Source of the DNA: Flavobacteriales bacterium
GTDB lineage: Bacteria; Bacteroidota; Bacteroidia; CAIKAF01
NCBI GenBank assembly: GCA_025055575.1
Contig: JANWWP010000066.1
Coordinates: 4,332-68,331 of the forward strand
Length of the DNA stretch: 64,000 nucleotides
Direction of reading: 5' to 3'
Part shown: in pieces, positions 48,744-58,414 of the stretch
How positions within the stretch are numbered: position 1 is the first letter of the stretch
Layout: the number at the start of each line of letters is the position of its first letter
Notes under the pieces: generated by a model
Databases searched by the model: none
What the model saw: only the letters and a program-made list of their open reading frames with translations
Told to the model about the DNA's origin: nothing
Translations under genes and position numbers: made by a program

Positions 48744-49301
48744 ATGAAATTCATTTTAAGAAGCGTCGGTTTGGCTGGTTTCTGTGCTGTATTCTTAATT
48801 GCCCGCCCCTGCAATGCCATAGCTCAAAACAAAAAGTTCGGCCACATCAATTCCGAAGATATCATTCGTCTGATGCCGGAGTCTGTGGAAGCCGACAGCA
48901 CGCTGGCCCGATTCGAAAGAGAACTTCAAAATGAACTCTACGCCATGTACAAAGAACTGGAAGACCTTGCCAAGGACTACCGGGATAAGTTTAAAGAGAG
49001 AAGTGAAGCCGTAAATCGCATTAAAGAAGAAAACATCCGCGACAAGCAACAAAAATTCGAAGATACCCAGCGTATTTTCCAGCAGGAAATCATGGAAAAA
49101 CAACAGAAAGTCTTCGCGCCGATCAAAGAAAAATTTGATAAAGCCGTGCGTGAAGTGGCAAAAGAAATGGGTTTATCCTATGTTTTTGACAGCAGCATGG
49201 GCACCTTCATCTACTATGATGAAAGCGATGATATATCGGCACAAGTGAAAAAGAAACTGGGGATCTCTTCCTCTGGCACACCGCCCTCCCAAAATAAATA
49301 A
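48744..49301 (+). CDS. OmpH/Skp-family periplasmic chaperone
   Basis: Signal peptide (MKFILRSVGLAGFCAVFLIARPCNA), then a highly charged coiled-coil-rich sequence. About 185 aa. The track ORF begins upstream at 48672. Confidence 0.65.
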   Translation: MKFILRSVGLAGFCAVFLIARPCNAIAQNKKFGHINSEDIIRLMPESVEADSTLARFERELQNELYAMYKELEDLAKDYRDKFKERSEAVNRIKEENIRDKQQKFEDTQRIFQQEIMEKQQKVFAPIKEKFDKAVREVAKEMGLSYVFDSSMGTFIYYDESDDISAQVKKKLGISSSGTPPSQNK

Positions 49302-49362
49302 AAAATTGAAAGAGAGGGTTTAATCCGCAGAATGCCCCTCTCCGGCAAGCCTTTTTACATTT

Positions 49363-50559
49363 GTGCCCATGGGTTGTGACGGCGCGTGCGATGCGCGGGT
49401 CAAAATTGGGAATACCCCGGTTGCAGGATGCGGAAGCTCCGGCCGGTGCGGCACAAGCACTTGTAACAAGCTCAACACCTACGATTGGTTTCCGGCCGAA
49501 ATATTTGAAGACCGGCGGAAAGCATTTCCCTGGGTAGAAGTGCGCTTCAAAAACACCCGTAAGGATTTTTTTCTGAATACTGTGGGTTTCCGCCTTCGGC
49601 AGGGAGAAGTTGTGTGTGTAGAGGGCGCTCCTGGCTTCGATGTGGGCGTAGTGTCCCTGACGGGGCCTTTGGTGCGCCTGCAAATGAATAAATTGAACCT
49701 GGACCCAGAAAAAATGGTGGAGGCAAGGAAAATTTTGAGGCCCGCACGCCAGTCGGACGTGGACCGCTGGCAGAACATCATCCGGCAGGAGACAGAGTTC
49801 TTGAAAAAAGCCCGGGAAATCGCTTCTGAATTGGCTTTGGACATCAAAGTGAGCGATGTGGAAGCCCAAGGCGACGGCACAAAAGTGATTGTGTATTTTT
49901 TTTCGGAGGAAAGGATTGATTTCAGGGAAATGGTGAAAAAGCTGGCCCATAGTCTAAAAATGCGCGTGGAAATGCGGCAAATCGGGGCCCGGCAGGAAGC
50001 CGGCCTCATGGGCGGGTTGGGGAGTTGTGGCCGCGAACTCTGCTGTGCCACCTGGCTGAGGGATTTCAGAACTGTGACCACCAGCGCTGTGCGCTACCAA
50101 TTTTTAAGTATCAATTCTCAGAAACTGGCCGGGCAATGCGGTAAATTGAAATGTTGCCTGAACTACGAGCTGGATATGTACCTGGAAGCTTTTCAGGAAA
50201 TGCCTTCCTACAAAACAGCTTTGCATTTTGAGCAAGGAAAAGCCGTCGCAGTAAAGGTGGATATTTTCAAGCGTCAAATCACCTACGAGAGCCTGTGGCA
50301 GCCGGGTCATTTTTTCACGCTGGATGAAGCTCTTATCCTTTCGGTGATGGAAGCGAATAAACGGGGAGAAAAACCTGCGGCTCCGGATGTTTCTGCGCCG
50401 TCCGTGGTGCAGCGTACGCTTCAAAACATGGAAGATTCCTTGGATTTTGTCCTGGAAAGCCCTGCTGAACTGAATGCGGAGCATTCCCAGTCAAATCAAA
50501 ATTCCAAGAAACACCGACATGGGAAAAAACCAAAACGCAAATCCAACCCCAATGAATAA
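49363..50559 (+). CDS. PSP1-domain protein (YaaT-like)
   Basis: N-terminal Cys cluster (GCDGAC...GCGSSGRCG...C...LNTYDWF). PSP1 C-terminal signature ELCCATWL...CGKLKCCLNYE. Confidence 0.8.
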   Translation: MPMGCDGACDARVKIGNTPVAGCGSSGRCGTSTCNKLNTYDWFPAEIFEDRRKAFPWVEVRFKNTRKDFFLNTVGFRLRQGEVVCVEGAPGFDVGVVSLTGPLVRLQMNKLNLDPEKMVEARKILRPARQSDVDRWQNIIRQETEFLKKAREIASELALDIKVSDVEAQGDGTKVIVYFFSEERIDFREMVKKLAHSLKMRVEMRQIGARQEAGLMGGLGSCGRELCCATWLRDFRTVTTSAVRYQFLSINSQKLAGQCGKLKCCLNYELDMYLEAFQEMPSYKTALHFEQGKAVAVKVDIFKRQITYESLWQPGHFFTLDEALILSVMEANKRGEKPAAPDVSAPSVVQRTLQNMEDSLDFVLESPAELNAEHSQSNQNSKKHRHGKKPKRKSNPNE

Positions 50560-51064
50560 GTCCGTAACGCGGCGGCTGCTTGGATTTGTAGCGTTTTCAA
50601 TTTTCCACATTACCGGATGCAAAAAAGCTCCTTATTACGAAAAAACAGTGGAAATTCCCCACGCACAATGGAAAGAAACGGACACCTTGCGTTTTACATT
50701 AGCGAAACCCGACACCGGGATGCGCTATACATTAAGCTTGGGGTTCCGGATTGGCAATTCCTATCCCTATTCTAACCTGTACATTATTTTCATTTCGCGT
50801 TTTCCAGATAAACGCTTTTCTCAAGACACCCTGCAGTTTCTTTTATCGGATGCGCGCGGCCGGCCCACGGGAAATTGTTCAGGGAAAGTGTGCGATTACA
50901 ATTTTGACTTGCGGAAAAATCTGAAGTTTCCCTTGCATGGCGATTACATATTTGAGGCGGTGCAGGCCATGCGCACTCCAAACGGCAATTTGGCTGATGT
51001 GAGGGCTCTATATTTGCGGGTGGACCCAGATGCGCCACCCGCCAGTGTGTCTCCTCGCCAGTGA
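50552..51064 (+). CDS. gldH: Gliding-motility lipoprotein GldH-like (about 170 aa)
   Basis: Lipoprotein signal LLGFVAFSIFHITGC. Its size and its position between the PSP1 gene and a PBP1A gene match the conserved Bacteroidetes gldH neighbourhood. Assigned from context and memory, not from a motif. Confidence 0.5.
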   Translation: MNKSVTRRLLGFVAFSIFHITGCKKAPYYEKTVEIPHAQWKETDTLRFTLAKPDTGMRYTLSLGFRIGNSYPYSNLYIIFISRFPDKRFSQDTLQFLLSDARGRPTGNCSGKVCDYNFDLRKNLKFPLHGDYIFEAVQAMRTPNGNLADVRALYLRVDPDAPPASVSPRQ

Positions 51065-51085
51065 ATCCAAATGTTTTCGTAGAGA

Positions 51086-53371
51086 ATGAATAAAGCAGCA
51101 ACGAAACCATTCCGTCCCCGTAGGATTTGGCTGGTGGTATTTTTTCCGTTGCTTTTCTTTCTGTTGCTTCTCGCGCTCGGACGCCTTGGGGTCTTTGGAA
51201 GCCTGCCTTCCTTCAAGGAATTGGAAGACCCGCGCAGCCAGATGGCTTCCATTGTGTATTCGGCGGATGGTTATGTGCTTGGAAAATACTACATTCAAAA
51301 CCGCTCGCCGGTGACCTTTGACGCCCTGAGTCCTTCGCTTGTGGACGCCCTTGTGGCCACGGAAGACGAACGGTTTTTCAGCCACACCGGCATTGATGTG
51401 GAAGCCCTTCTGCGAGCGGTGTATGGTGTATTTACCGGACGCAGCAAAGGAGGCGGCTCCACCATTACACAACAGTTGGCAAAAAATCTTTTTCATGAAG
51501 TGCCGAGATCCAAAATCAAGCGTGCCCTACAAAAAATAAAAGAATGGATTATCGCCTTGCAATTAGAACGTGCTTATACCAAAAAGGAAATCATTGCCAT
51601 GTATCTGAACACTGCGGACTTTGGCCATCAAATTTTTGGAGTTGCCACAGCATCCTACGTGTTTTTCAATAAAAAGCCTTCCGAACTGGAACCCCAGGAA
51701 GCAGCTCTCCTCGTAGGCCTTTTAAAAGCGCCCACCTACTATAGCCCCATCCGCCATCCCGAACGCGCCTTGCAAAGACGCAACACAGTGATAGAACAAA
51801 TGGTAAAAAATAAGAAATTGGATGAAGCCCAAGGGGAAACCCTTAAAAGTCTGCCTTTGTTGACCCAGGATCAAGGTCTGAGCGAGCGCCTCAAAAAAAA
51901 CCAATACGGCGTCGGTGAGCTGGCGCCCTATTTTCTGGCTGAAGTGCGGAAAGACCTTATTCAATGGTGCAAAACACATATCAATCCTACCACAGGCGAG
52001 CCTTATAATCTCTACACCGATGGACTCCGGATTTACACCACCATTGACTCCCGCATGCAACGCTATGCCGAACAGGCGGCCCGCGAACACATGGCGGAAT
52101 TGCAGCATCTGTTCTTCACCACCAAAAAAGGCGCTCCCAACGGCCCCTTCGACAGCCGTATGAAAAAGGAAGAAGTGACCCGGCTTCTGGAGCAAAGCGT
52201 GCGCACTTCACCCCGCTACAAAGCCATGCGGGAAGAGGGCCTCAGCGATGAGGAAATTCTCCGCTTTTTCCGAACCCAGAAGGTCCCCATGCGCGTTTTT
52301 TCTTACAAAGGAGAACGAGATACTCTCATGACACCATGGGATTCCATCGTGTACTATAAATATTTCCTTCAAACCGGCCTCCTGGCCTTGGAAAACAAAA
52401 CCGGACACATCAAAGCCTGGGTGGGTGGTATTGATTTTACGCATTTTAAATATGACCACGTCCGGGACAGCCGGCGCCAAGTGGGATCTACATTCAAACC
52501 TTTTGTGTATGCCATGGCCATGCAGGAAGGCATTTCCCCTTGTTTCATGGTACCCAACGTGCGCGTATGTATAGGCAATTGGTGCCCCAGCAACTCCAAC
52601 GACTACAAGGAGGGCATGATGGTATCCCTGAAGGAAGCTCTGGCCAATTCAATAAATTATGTATCGGCATATTTAATGAAAAAATACGGCCCTCACGCTA
52701 TTATAAAATTGGTCAGGAAGATGGGCATCACAGCTGAAATTCCTCCGGTGCCCTCTATTTGTCTGGGAACGGCCGATATTTCCGTATACGAAATGACCAG
52801 CGCCTTTAGCGTGTTTGGGAACAAAGGCATGTATGTGAAGCCCAATTACCTGTTACGCATTGAAGACCGCAACGGAAACCTGATTGAAGAGTTTTTTTCG
52901 GACCGCCACGAAGCCATGGACGAGCGCTCGGCTTTTCTCACTTTGGCCCTGATGAAAGGCGTGGTGGAGAGCGGTACGGGGAGCCGCCTGCGCTACCGGT
53001 ATAAATTTACTTTTCCCGTGGCCGGAAAAACCGGCACCACTCAAAACAATTCGGACGGTTGGTTTATTGGCATCACCCCGGACATCACCGCCGGCGTATG
53101 GGTGGGTGCGGAAGACCGTACAGTGCGATTCAGCAGCACTTTCTACGGGCAGGGTGCCAATACAGGACTGCCTGTATGGGCCCTTTTTATGTTGAAGGTA
53201 TATCAAGACCACACCCTCAACTACCACCGAGGCGACTTTGAACCGCCCCCCGGAGAAATCCGGACAAAAATCAACTGTGCCGAATGGCGACCTGAAGAAC
53301 AGGAAGAAAACACCCGCATCATTGAAAACTTTGATAACCTGCCCCCGGCCGAATCCACTGATGTCCCCTGA
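51086..53371 (+). CDS. mrcA: Class A penicillin-binding protein 1A (bifunctional transglycosylase/transpeptidase)
   Basis: GT51 motifs EDERFFSHTGID and GGSTITQQLAKN. Transpeptidase motifs STFKPFVY (SxxK) and KTGTT. Confidence 0.9.
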   Translation: MNKAATKPFRPRRIWLVVFFPLLFFLLLLALGRLGVFGSLPSFKELEDPRSQMASIVYSADGYVLGKYYIQNRSPVTFDALSPSLVDALVATEDERFFSHTGIDVEALLRAVYGVFTGRSKGGGSTITQQLAKNLFHEVPRSKIKRALQKIKEWIIALQLERAYTKKEIIAMYLNTADFGHQIFGVATASYVFFNKKPSELEPQEAALLVGLLKAPTYYSPIRHPERALQRRNTVIEQMVKNKKLDEAQGETLKSLPLLTQDQGLSERLKKNQYGVGELAPYFLAEVRKDLIQWCKTHINPTTGEPYNLYTDGLRIYTTIDSRMQRYAEQAAREHMAELQHLFFTTKKGAPNGPFDSRMKKEEVTRLLEQSVRTSPRYKAMREEGLSDEEILRFFRTQKVPMRVFSYKGERDTLMTPWDSIVYYKYFLQTGLLALENKTGHIKAWVGGIDFTHFKYDHVRDSRRQVGSTFKPFVYAMAMQEGISPCFMVPNVRVCIGNWCPSNSNDYKEGMMVSLKEALANSINYVSAYLMKKYGPHAIIKLVRKMGITAEIPPVPSICLGTADISVYEMTSAFSVFGNKGMYVKPNYLLRIEDRNGNLIEEFFSDRHEAMDERSAFLTLALMKGVVESGTGSRLRYRYKFTFPVAGKTGTTQNNSDGWFIGITPDITAGVWVGAEDRTVRFSSTFYGQGANTGLPVWALFMLKVYQDHTLNYHRGDFEPPPGEIRTKINCAEWRPEEQEENTRIIENFDNLPPAESTDVP

Positions 53372-53395
53372 CCGGCATTTTCACTTCCAAACAGC

Positions 53396-54871
53396 ATGGG
53401 GGTAATCATCCGGCAAAGCGCCAGAAATCTTATTTTTAATTATGGTGGCTTTGCGCTGGGCGCTTTCAATACCCTTGTCCTGATGCCCCGCTACCTTTCA
53501 CGGGAACAGATTGGGGTCTTGAATACTTTCACTTCTTATTCCTGGATTCTGGCCACCATATGCCTGTTCGGCATGCCTCTTGTCATCGTACGCTTTTATC
53601 CCGCTACGGAGGGCATACAACGCCGGCAACTCATCCAGTCGGCCGCCACCCTACCCTTATTGCTGGCCATCACGGCAGCCCTCGCAGGCCTCCTGTTTCC
53701 ACAACTGGTGACCCTTGTGGTACCGAATCCAGAGCCCATTTTTTTGCGCTATCACTCCTGGATATTTTTTATGGTGATAATGCACGTGGCCTTCGAAATT
53801 GTGGCCGCCATTCTAAGGTCCGAACTCAGGACAGCCCCGCCGGTCTTTTGGCGCGAAGTTTTTTTAAGGGTCTTCAACCTGGTACTATACCTTGCCTACG
53901 GCGCCGGATTATTTGATTATTCTATGCTGGTGGGCGGCTTCGCCTTGTCATCGGCCGTCTTGCTTTTGGGATTGATAAGCCATGTGCGCTCCAAAATCGG
54001 ATTTAACCCAGGCCTTCACTTTAAAAAGGAATGGTTAAAGTACGGGAGTTATAATTTGATTGGGGCCAGTTTGGTTTTTGTTGTGTATCAATTGGATATC
54101 GTGATGTTGCACCGCTATGGGTATTTAAATTTGATTGCAGTGTATACCATAGCCATGTTTATGGCTTCCACCATTCAGCTGCCTTTCAGGGCTTTTTCCG
54201 TGGTGGCAGTTCCTGTGCTGGCCAAAGCCTTCGCAGCCCACGATCTGAAGCAGGTGGGCCAGATTTACCGGAGAAGTTCTGAAGTCATGTTGGTGGCCGG
54301 CGGGGCCTTATCCTTATGGATCCTTTGGTGTGCCGAAGATTTTCGGTACTTCCTGCCTGCGGACTACCGACCCCATCTTGTGGCTCCCTTAGGGTTCCTT
54401 GTGCTGGCCAAATGGCTCGACATGGCCATGGGGCTCAATGGCGCCATCATCAACCAATCCCACCACTACAAGTTTGATATATGGGCCAACCTGATACTGC
54501 TTGCCACAGCCCTAGTTTTTAATGTTCTTCTCATACCTTCCATGGGTGTGCCCGGGGCTGCCCTTGCCACTTGCATCAGTGTTTTTCTGTACAATGTGGT
54601 GCGCTATGTCTACATCATTTTTCGTTTGGGCATCCATGGTTTCGGCTGGAATGCCCTCCACATAGCCCTGTTTTATGTCATTTCGTGGTGGACCCTCACA
54701 CGTATTTCTTTTTCGGGTCATCCGGTAGCGCTCATCTTTCTGAAAACGGTCATAACAGCCCTTTTAGTAGGGATTTGGATATGGGTTTTAAAACCCTCCA
54801 GAGAAGTCTGGGTCCTGTTTCAAAATACCATAAAATCTTTAAAAAATACAGAAATAAAAAATTTATTTTAA
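53396..54871 (+). CDS. MOP-superfamily polysaccharide-biosynthesis protein (Wzx-like oligosaccharide flippase)
   Basis: About 12 TM helices. N-terminal RQSARNLIFNYGGFALGAFNTLVLMPRYLSREQIG is typical of the polysacc_synt family. Confidence 0.7.
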   Translation: MGVIIRQSARNLIFNYGGFALGAFNTLVLMPRYLSREQIGVLNTFTSYSWILATICLFGMPLVIVRFYPATEGIQRRQLIQSAATLPLLLAITAALAGLLFPQLVTLVVPNPEPIFLRYHSWIFFMVIMHVAFEIVAAILRSELRTAPPVFWREVFLRVFNLVLYLAYGAGLFDYSMLVGGFALSSAVLLLGLISHVRSKIGFNPGLHFKKEWLKYGSYNLIGASLVFVVYQLDIVMLHRYGYLNLIAVYTIAMFMASTIQLPFRAFSVVAVPVLAKAFAAHDLKQVGQIYRRSSEVMLVAGGALSLWILWCAEDFRYFLPADYRPHLVAPLGFLVLAKWLDMAMGLNGAIINQSHHYKFDIWANLILLATALVFNVLLIPSMGVPGAALATCISVFLYNVVRYVYIIFRLGIHGFGWNALHIALFYVISWWTLTRISFSGHPVALIFLKTVITALLVGIWIWVLKPSREVWVLFQNTIKSLKNTEIKNLF

Positions 54872-54990
54872 AAATAGATTTTTCCAAAATGAAAAAAAGA
54901 CTATAGGCCATGAATTTTGAAAATATTTTCAATCTAATAACCTAAAGATTAAATAATTTCCACTATCCTTGACGACTGTTTTTTGACCAC

Positions 54991-56103
54991 ATGAAACCAT
55001 TGGCTTCAGGCAAAGATCCCCAGTCAAAAACTTTTTTCCGAACCCCTAAAATAGATTGGCCCAAATTAATTCCCTTCATAGCCTGCACAGCCCTCGTTTT
55101 TTCAGCAGAGAACTACCTGTCATCCGCATTACCGGATACCCTAATTTATCGTTTTCCCCTGACGCACAATCAGGTACTCAGTGGGTCGTACCTTTTCACT
55201 TCGCTACTTTTTCTTTTCTTCGGATATCTGTACTTTAGGAAAGGTGATTCAATCCTTAAATATAAAAAATTCCTGCCCATAATGTTAGGAATTTTCAGTG
55301 CTCTGGCCGCGGCACTGCTTTTCATAAAAAACGTTGTTTTTTTTTGGTTTGCTTCCCTTCTCATTCTGATTGTCTGGGTGCATTTACAAATTCTTGCAAT
55401 GGAGGCTTTTGCAAAATATGCATCCGCCCGCATCATGAGCATGGCTTTCGGATATTATTTCTTAGTTATATGTATATTCAGTAGCGGTTTCTCGCTGCTT
55501 TTTCTGGTACTATTTAAGAACTTTTCAGGAATTTGGATTTCGGCCGCCTGTGCTCTGATGGGTATCATTTTAATATCAAAATCCCCAAAATTTAACTTAG
55601 AAAATTCAGAAGAAAATATTCCGCCCAAGCGGAATACGAAACTATTTTTTCAATTTTTAATAACTTTTCTGTTTGGTTTAATGGCCGGCTTTGCCTGGGG
55701 AATTCCGGAAATTGAACTGCCCGCCTTGGTGAGGGGCCATGGGGCCCAGGAAATCCTTTTTAGTGTGAACTCATTATATCTTTTTTCCCTGGCTTTCCTT
55801 GGATTTTTTGCCTGGCCGTCGGGAATTGCACAAAAATACCGGGATAGTGATATTATGTTTTTAGTTTCTTTCCTGATAGGTTTAATAATTTATATTACAA
55901 TTATATCTTTTCAAGAAAATCCATTTCTTACGCTTTTATTACTCGTTTTTTTCTTAGCTTTTTTAAGCAGTTTGGTCGTTGCCGCGTGCACCTCCACGGC
56001 CAAACGCATTCAAATAACGGAGAAGAAGGGCGCCTGGATGACCGGCGCTTTGCTTTGGAGTGGATTTATGCTCGGACGGGCTCTTGCTGCATTTTTTCTA
56101 TGA
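54991..56103 (+). CDS. Polytopic membrane protein (about 10 TM), low GC, no recognised family (possibly Wzy-like or a transporter)
   Basis: Hydrophobic helices throughout. AT-rich codon usage unlike its neighbours. Lies adjacent to the Wzx-like gene. Confidence 0.4.
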   Translation: MKPLASGKDPQSKTFFRTPKIDWPKLIPFIACTALVFSAENYLSSALPDTLIYRFPLTHNQVLSGSYLFTSLLFLFFGYLYFRKGDSILKYKKFLPIMLGIFSALAAALLFIKNVVFFWFASLLILIVWVHLQILAMEAFAKYASARIMSMAFGYYFLVICIFSSGFSLLFLVLFKNFSGIWISAACALMGIILISKSPKFNLENSEENIPPKRNTKLFFQFLITFLFGLMAGFAWGIPEIELPALVRGHGAQEILFSVNSLYLFSLAFLGFFAWPSGIAQKYRDSDIMFLVSFLIGLIIYITIISFQENPFLTLLLLVFFLAFLSSLVVAACTSTAKRIQITEKKGAWMTGALLWSGFMLGRALAAFFL

Positions 56104-56905
56104 GCTCTCCGTAGAGCGCCGCCACCTTGTCAGAGGACTTTCGGGCCGCCTCTAAAACCATGTCATGCGACACTTCCTCCACCTGGCCTTCGATACCCAG
56201 ATCGGTGATAACACTTAGGCAACAGACTTCCATACCCAAATAACGGGCCATTATCACTTCAGGCACCGTGCTCATACCCACCGCATCGGCTCCTATGATG
56301 CGGATGTAGCGATACTCTGCCGGTGTTTCAAAAGCCGGTCCACGCACCCCGGCATACACGCCTGAATGCAGGTGGATGCCTTTTTCCGTGGCGATACTCC
56401 GGAGCAGCTGATTGAGTTTGTTGCTATAGGCTGCGCTCATATCGGTGAAACGCGGGCCCAGATTGTCATCGTTTTCACCGCGGAGCGGGCAATCCCCCAT
56501 CAGGTTGATGTGGTCTTCCACCAACATAATGTCTCCTACCCTAAACGATGGATTCACGCCACCTGAGGCATTGGTAATGAGTAACTTTTTCACACCCAAC
56601 AGGTAGGCAAGCATCACGGGTGCCACCACCTTGCGCATGGGAAGCCCTTCGTAGTAATGCAGTCTTCCTTCAAAGATCAGACCCGTGCGCTGTCCGTAAC
56701 GGCATACCGACAAACGGCCGGAATGACCTTTCACACGGCTCTTCGTAAACCCTGGAATTTCGGAGTATGGCACCGAATGAATTTTTTCAAAATATTCCAC
56801 GACGGAGGCCAAACCCGAGCCCAGGATGATGGCGAATTCGAACTCTAAAAGCCCGGATTGCTGCTTAAAATTTTGCGCAAAATCTCTAAGTTCTGAAGGT
56901 ATCAT
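56066..56905 (-). CDS. Purine nucleoside phosphorylase (PNP family I, PunA-type)
   Basis: IILGSGL, GHSGRL...GLIFEGRLHYYEG and GMSTVPEVI motifs. Start taken at Met 29 of the track ORF (about 279 aa). Confidence 0.8.
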   Translation of the reverse strand: MIPSELRDFAQNFKQQSGLLEFEFAIILGSGLASVVEYFEKIHSVPYSEIPGFTKSRVKGHSGRLSVCRYGQRTGLIFEGRLHYYEGLPMRKVVAPVMLAYLLGVKKLLITNASGGVNPSFRVGDIMLVEDHINLMGDCPLRGENDDNLGPRFTDMSAAYSNKLNQLLRSIATEKGIHLHSGVYAGVRGPAFETPAEYRYIRIIGADAVGMSTVPEVIMARYLGMEVCCLSVITDLGIEGQVEEVSHDMVLEAARKSSDKVAALYGELIEKMQQEPVRA

Positions 56906-57926
56906 GTATTTTCTGGTAGAATAGTTCTTCCTGGTGGACATCTTTAAACTGGAACTCCGAACGGGCCACCCAGAGGATGTGTTTTCCAAGCCCTGACTTC
57001 CAGCTATCGAGTTCCCTAATCTTCACCCAATCTTTTTCTGTAGTGACCAAGGCTTTATTCTGAAAAGGCAACATGTCAAATTCTGTGACAATCTCCCGAA
57101 AATCGTTTTCTGAATAGGTATGATGGTCTGCAAACATACGCTTTCCGCAAATTTTTCCCCAAGGTCTTAAGGTATTCAGAAAATGTTCCGGGTGGCCGAT
57201 ACCGCAAAACACAAAAAAAGCATCTCCTTCCGGTCGTTCAAAAACATGGCCTCCCGGAAAAGCCTGAAAACCTGTGATGCAAACTTCCCCTTCTAAAACT
57301 AGGGTACGGGGATGAAATTGTATTTTTGAAACCTCTGGGTAAGGGGGTTGAAGTTTGGTCCACACCACCACATCGGCCCTTCTCAGGGCGCTCAGAGGCT
57401 CCCTCAGGCGACCGGCCGGAAGAAGCCAGCGCGGAAACCGAATATCCCGACCACTCAAAAGCACGACCTGAAGCCCAGGTGTGACAGCTCTGTGCTGGAA
57501 TGCGTCATCCAAAATGATGAGCGCCCCCTCTCCGGTCATTTGCAGAGCTTTCTCCACACCGGAAACCCGATTTTCGGCCACCACCACAGGCACTTCAGGA
57601 AATCTCCGGGCGACCATCACGGCTTCATCCCCCCCGTGCCGTGTGGAAGTTTCCGGACTTACCACCAGGGCCCCGCGGGTGGTCCGCCCGTACCCCCTGG
57701 ACACATACGCCACAGCCTTATCCTCGGCTCTAAATTTTCCTATCAAATGGATGCAAAAAGGGGTTTTTCCACTGCCACCGACGGAAATGTTGCCCACACC
57801 AATCACGGGACTGGAAAATGTTTTAGATTGAATCCATCCGGCATCGTACAAAGCATTCCGAATGGCGACAGCCAGTGCATACACCCAGGAAAGTGGCCAT
57901 AAAAGCCCTGCTAAAAAAGTTTTCAC
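56886..57926 (-). CDS. lpxK: Tetraacyldisaccharide 4-prime-kinase
   Basis: P-loop GNISVGGSGKTP, about 345 aa. Confidence 0.85.
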   Translation of the reverse strand: MKTFLAGLLWPLSWVYALAVAIRNALYDAGWIQSKTFSSPVIGVGNISVGGSGKTPFCIHLIGKFRAEDKAVAYVSRGYGRTTRGALVVSPETSTRHGGDEAVMVARRFPEVPVVVAENRVSGVEKALQMTGEGALIILDDAFQHRAVTPGLQVVLLSGRDIRFPRWLLPAGRLREPLSALRRADVVVWTKLQPPYPEVSKIQFHPRTLVLEGEVCITGFQAFPGGHVFERPEGDAFFVFCGIGHPEHFLNTLRPWGKICGKRMFADHHTYSENDFREIVTEFDMLPFQNKALVTTEKDWVKIRELDSWKSGLGKHILWVARSEFQFKDVHQEELFYQKIHDTFRT

Positions 57927-58051
57927 CTAGGATTGGGTCTTCTGTGGGTTGAGAAAACGCAAAAAAAAGTCCCGGCAAACATAATTTAGGAAAAAAATTT
58001 TTTCTTATTTAGCAGAAATTAATAATTTTGTCCTTTGAACAGAACCACTTT

Positions 58052-58393
58052 CCTATGAAAAAATCCCTGTTTTTACTTTCTACCGCACTGATATTGAGCA
58101 CTTCGGCTCTTTTCTCAACCCCTGTACTCCCACCCGCTATTAGACCTTTTGCTGTGGAAGGCCTTCAGCAGGAACGTGCCATTCCGGCCCATAGCTTTAT
58201 ATATATTTCCAGCAAATATGCGCTTGAAATGATAGAAATTTTCGATGATCAGGGCAACCTGTACGAGAAAATTCCACTTCAGGCCACCACATACTATGCT
58301 CTGGATATCCGCAAATGGCCTCTGGGCGTTTATACGGTTAAAGTGACGAACAATATCAGCACCCTCAAAAGAAAAATTTTAAAGGTGCGTTAA
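58052..58393 (+). CDS. Very small secreted protein (113 aa) consisting essentially of a signal peptide plus a T9SS type-A C-terminal sorting domain
   Basis: MKKSLFLLSTALILSTSALFS signal. C-terminal ...EMIEIFDDQGNLYEKIPL...LDIRKWPLGVYTVKVTNNISTLKRKILKV matches the Por_Secre_tail pattern (iFDxxGr..., GvYxVKV, Kxxk). Confidence 0.5.
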   Translation, partial: PMKKSLFLLSTALILSTSALFSTPVLPPAIRPFAVEGLQQERAIPAHSFIYISSKYALEMIEIFDDQGNLYEKIPLQATTYYALDIRKWPLGVYTVKVTNNISTLKRKILKVR

Positions 58394-58414
58394 AGACGGG
58401 TTCCCTCTTTTGTT

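Noticed and set aside
49479-50081. 200-aa minus-strand ORF
   Set aside because: Antisense to the PSP1-domain gene. Ser/Arg-rich composition with no features.
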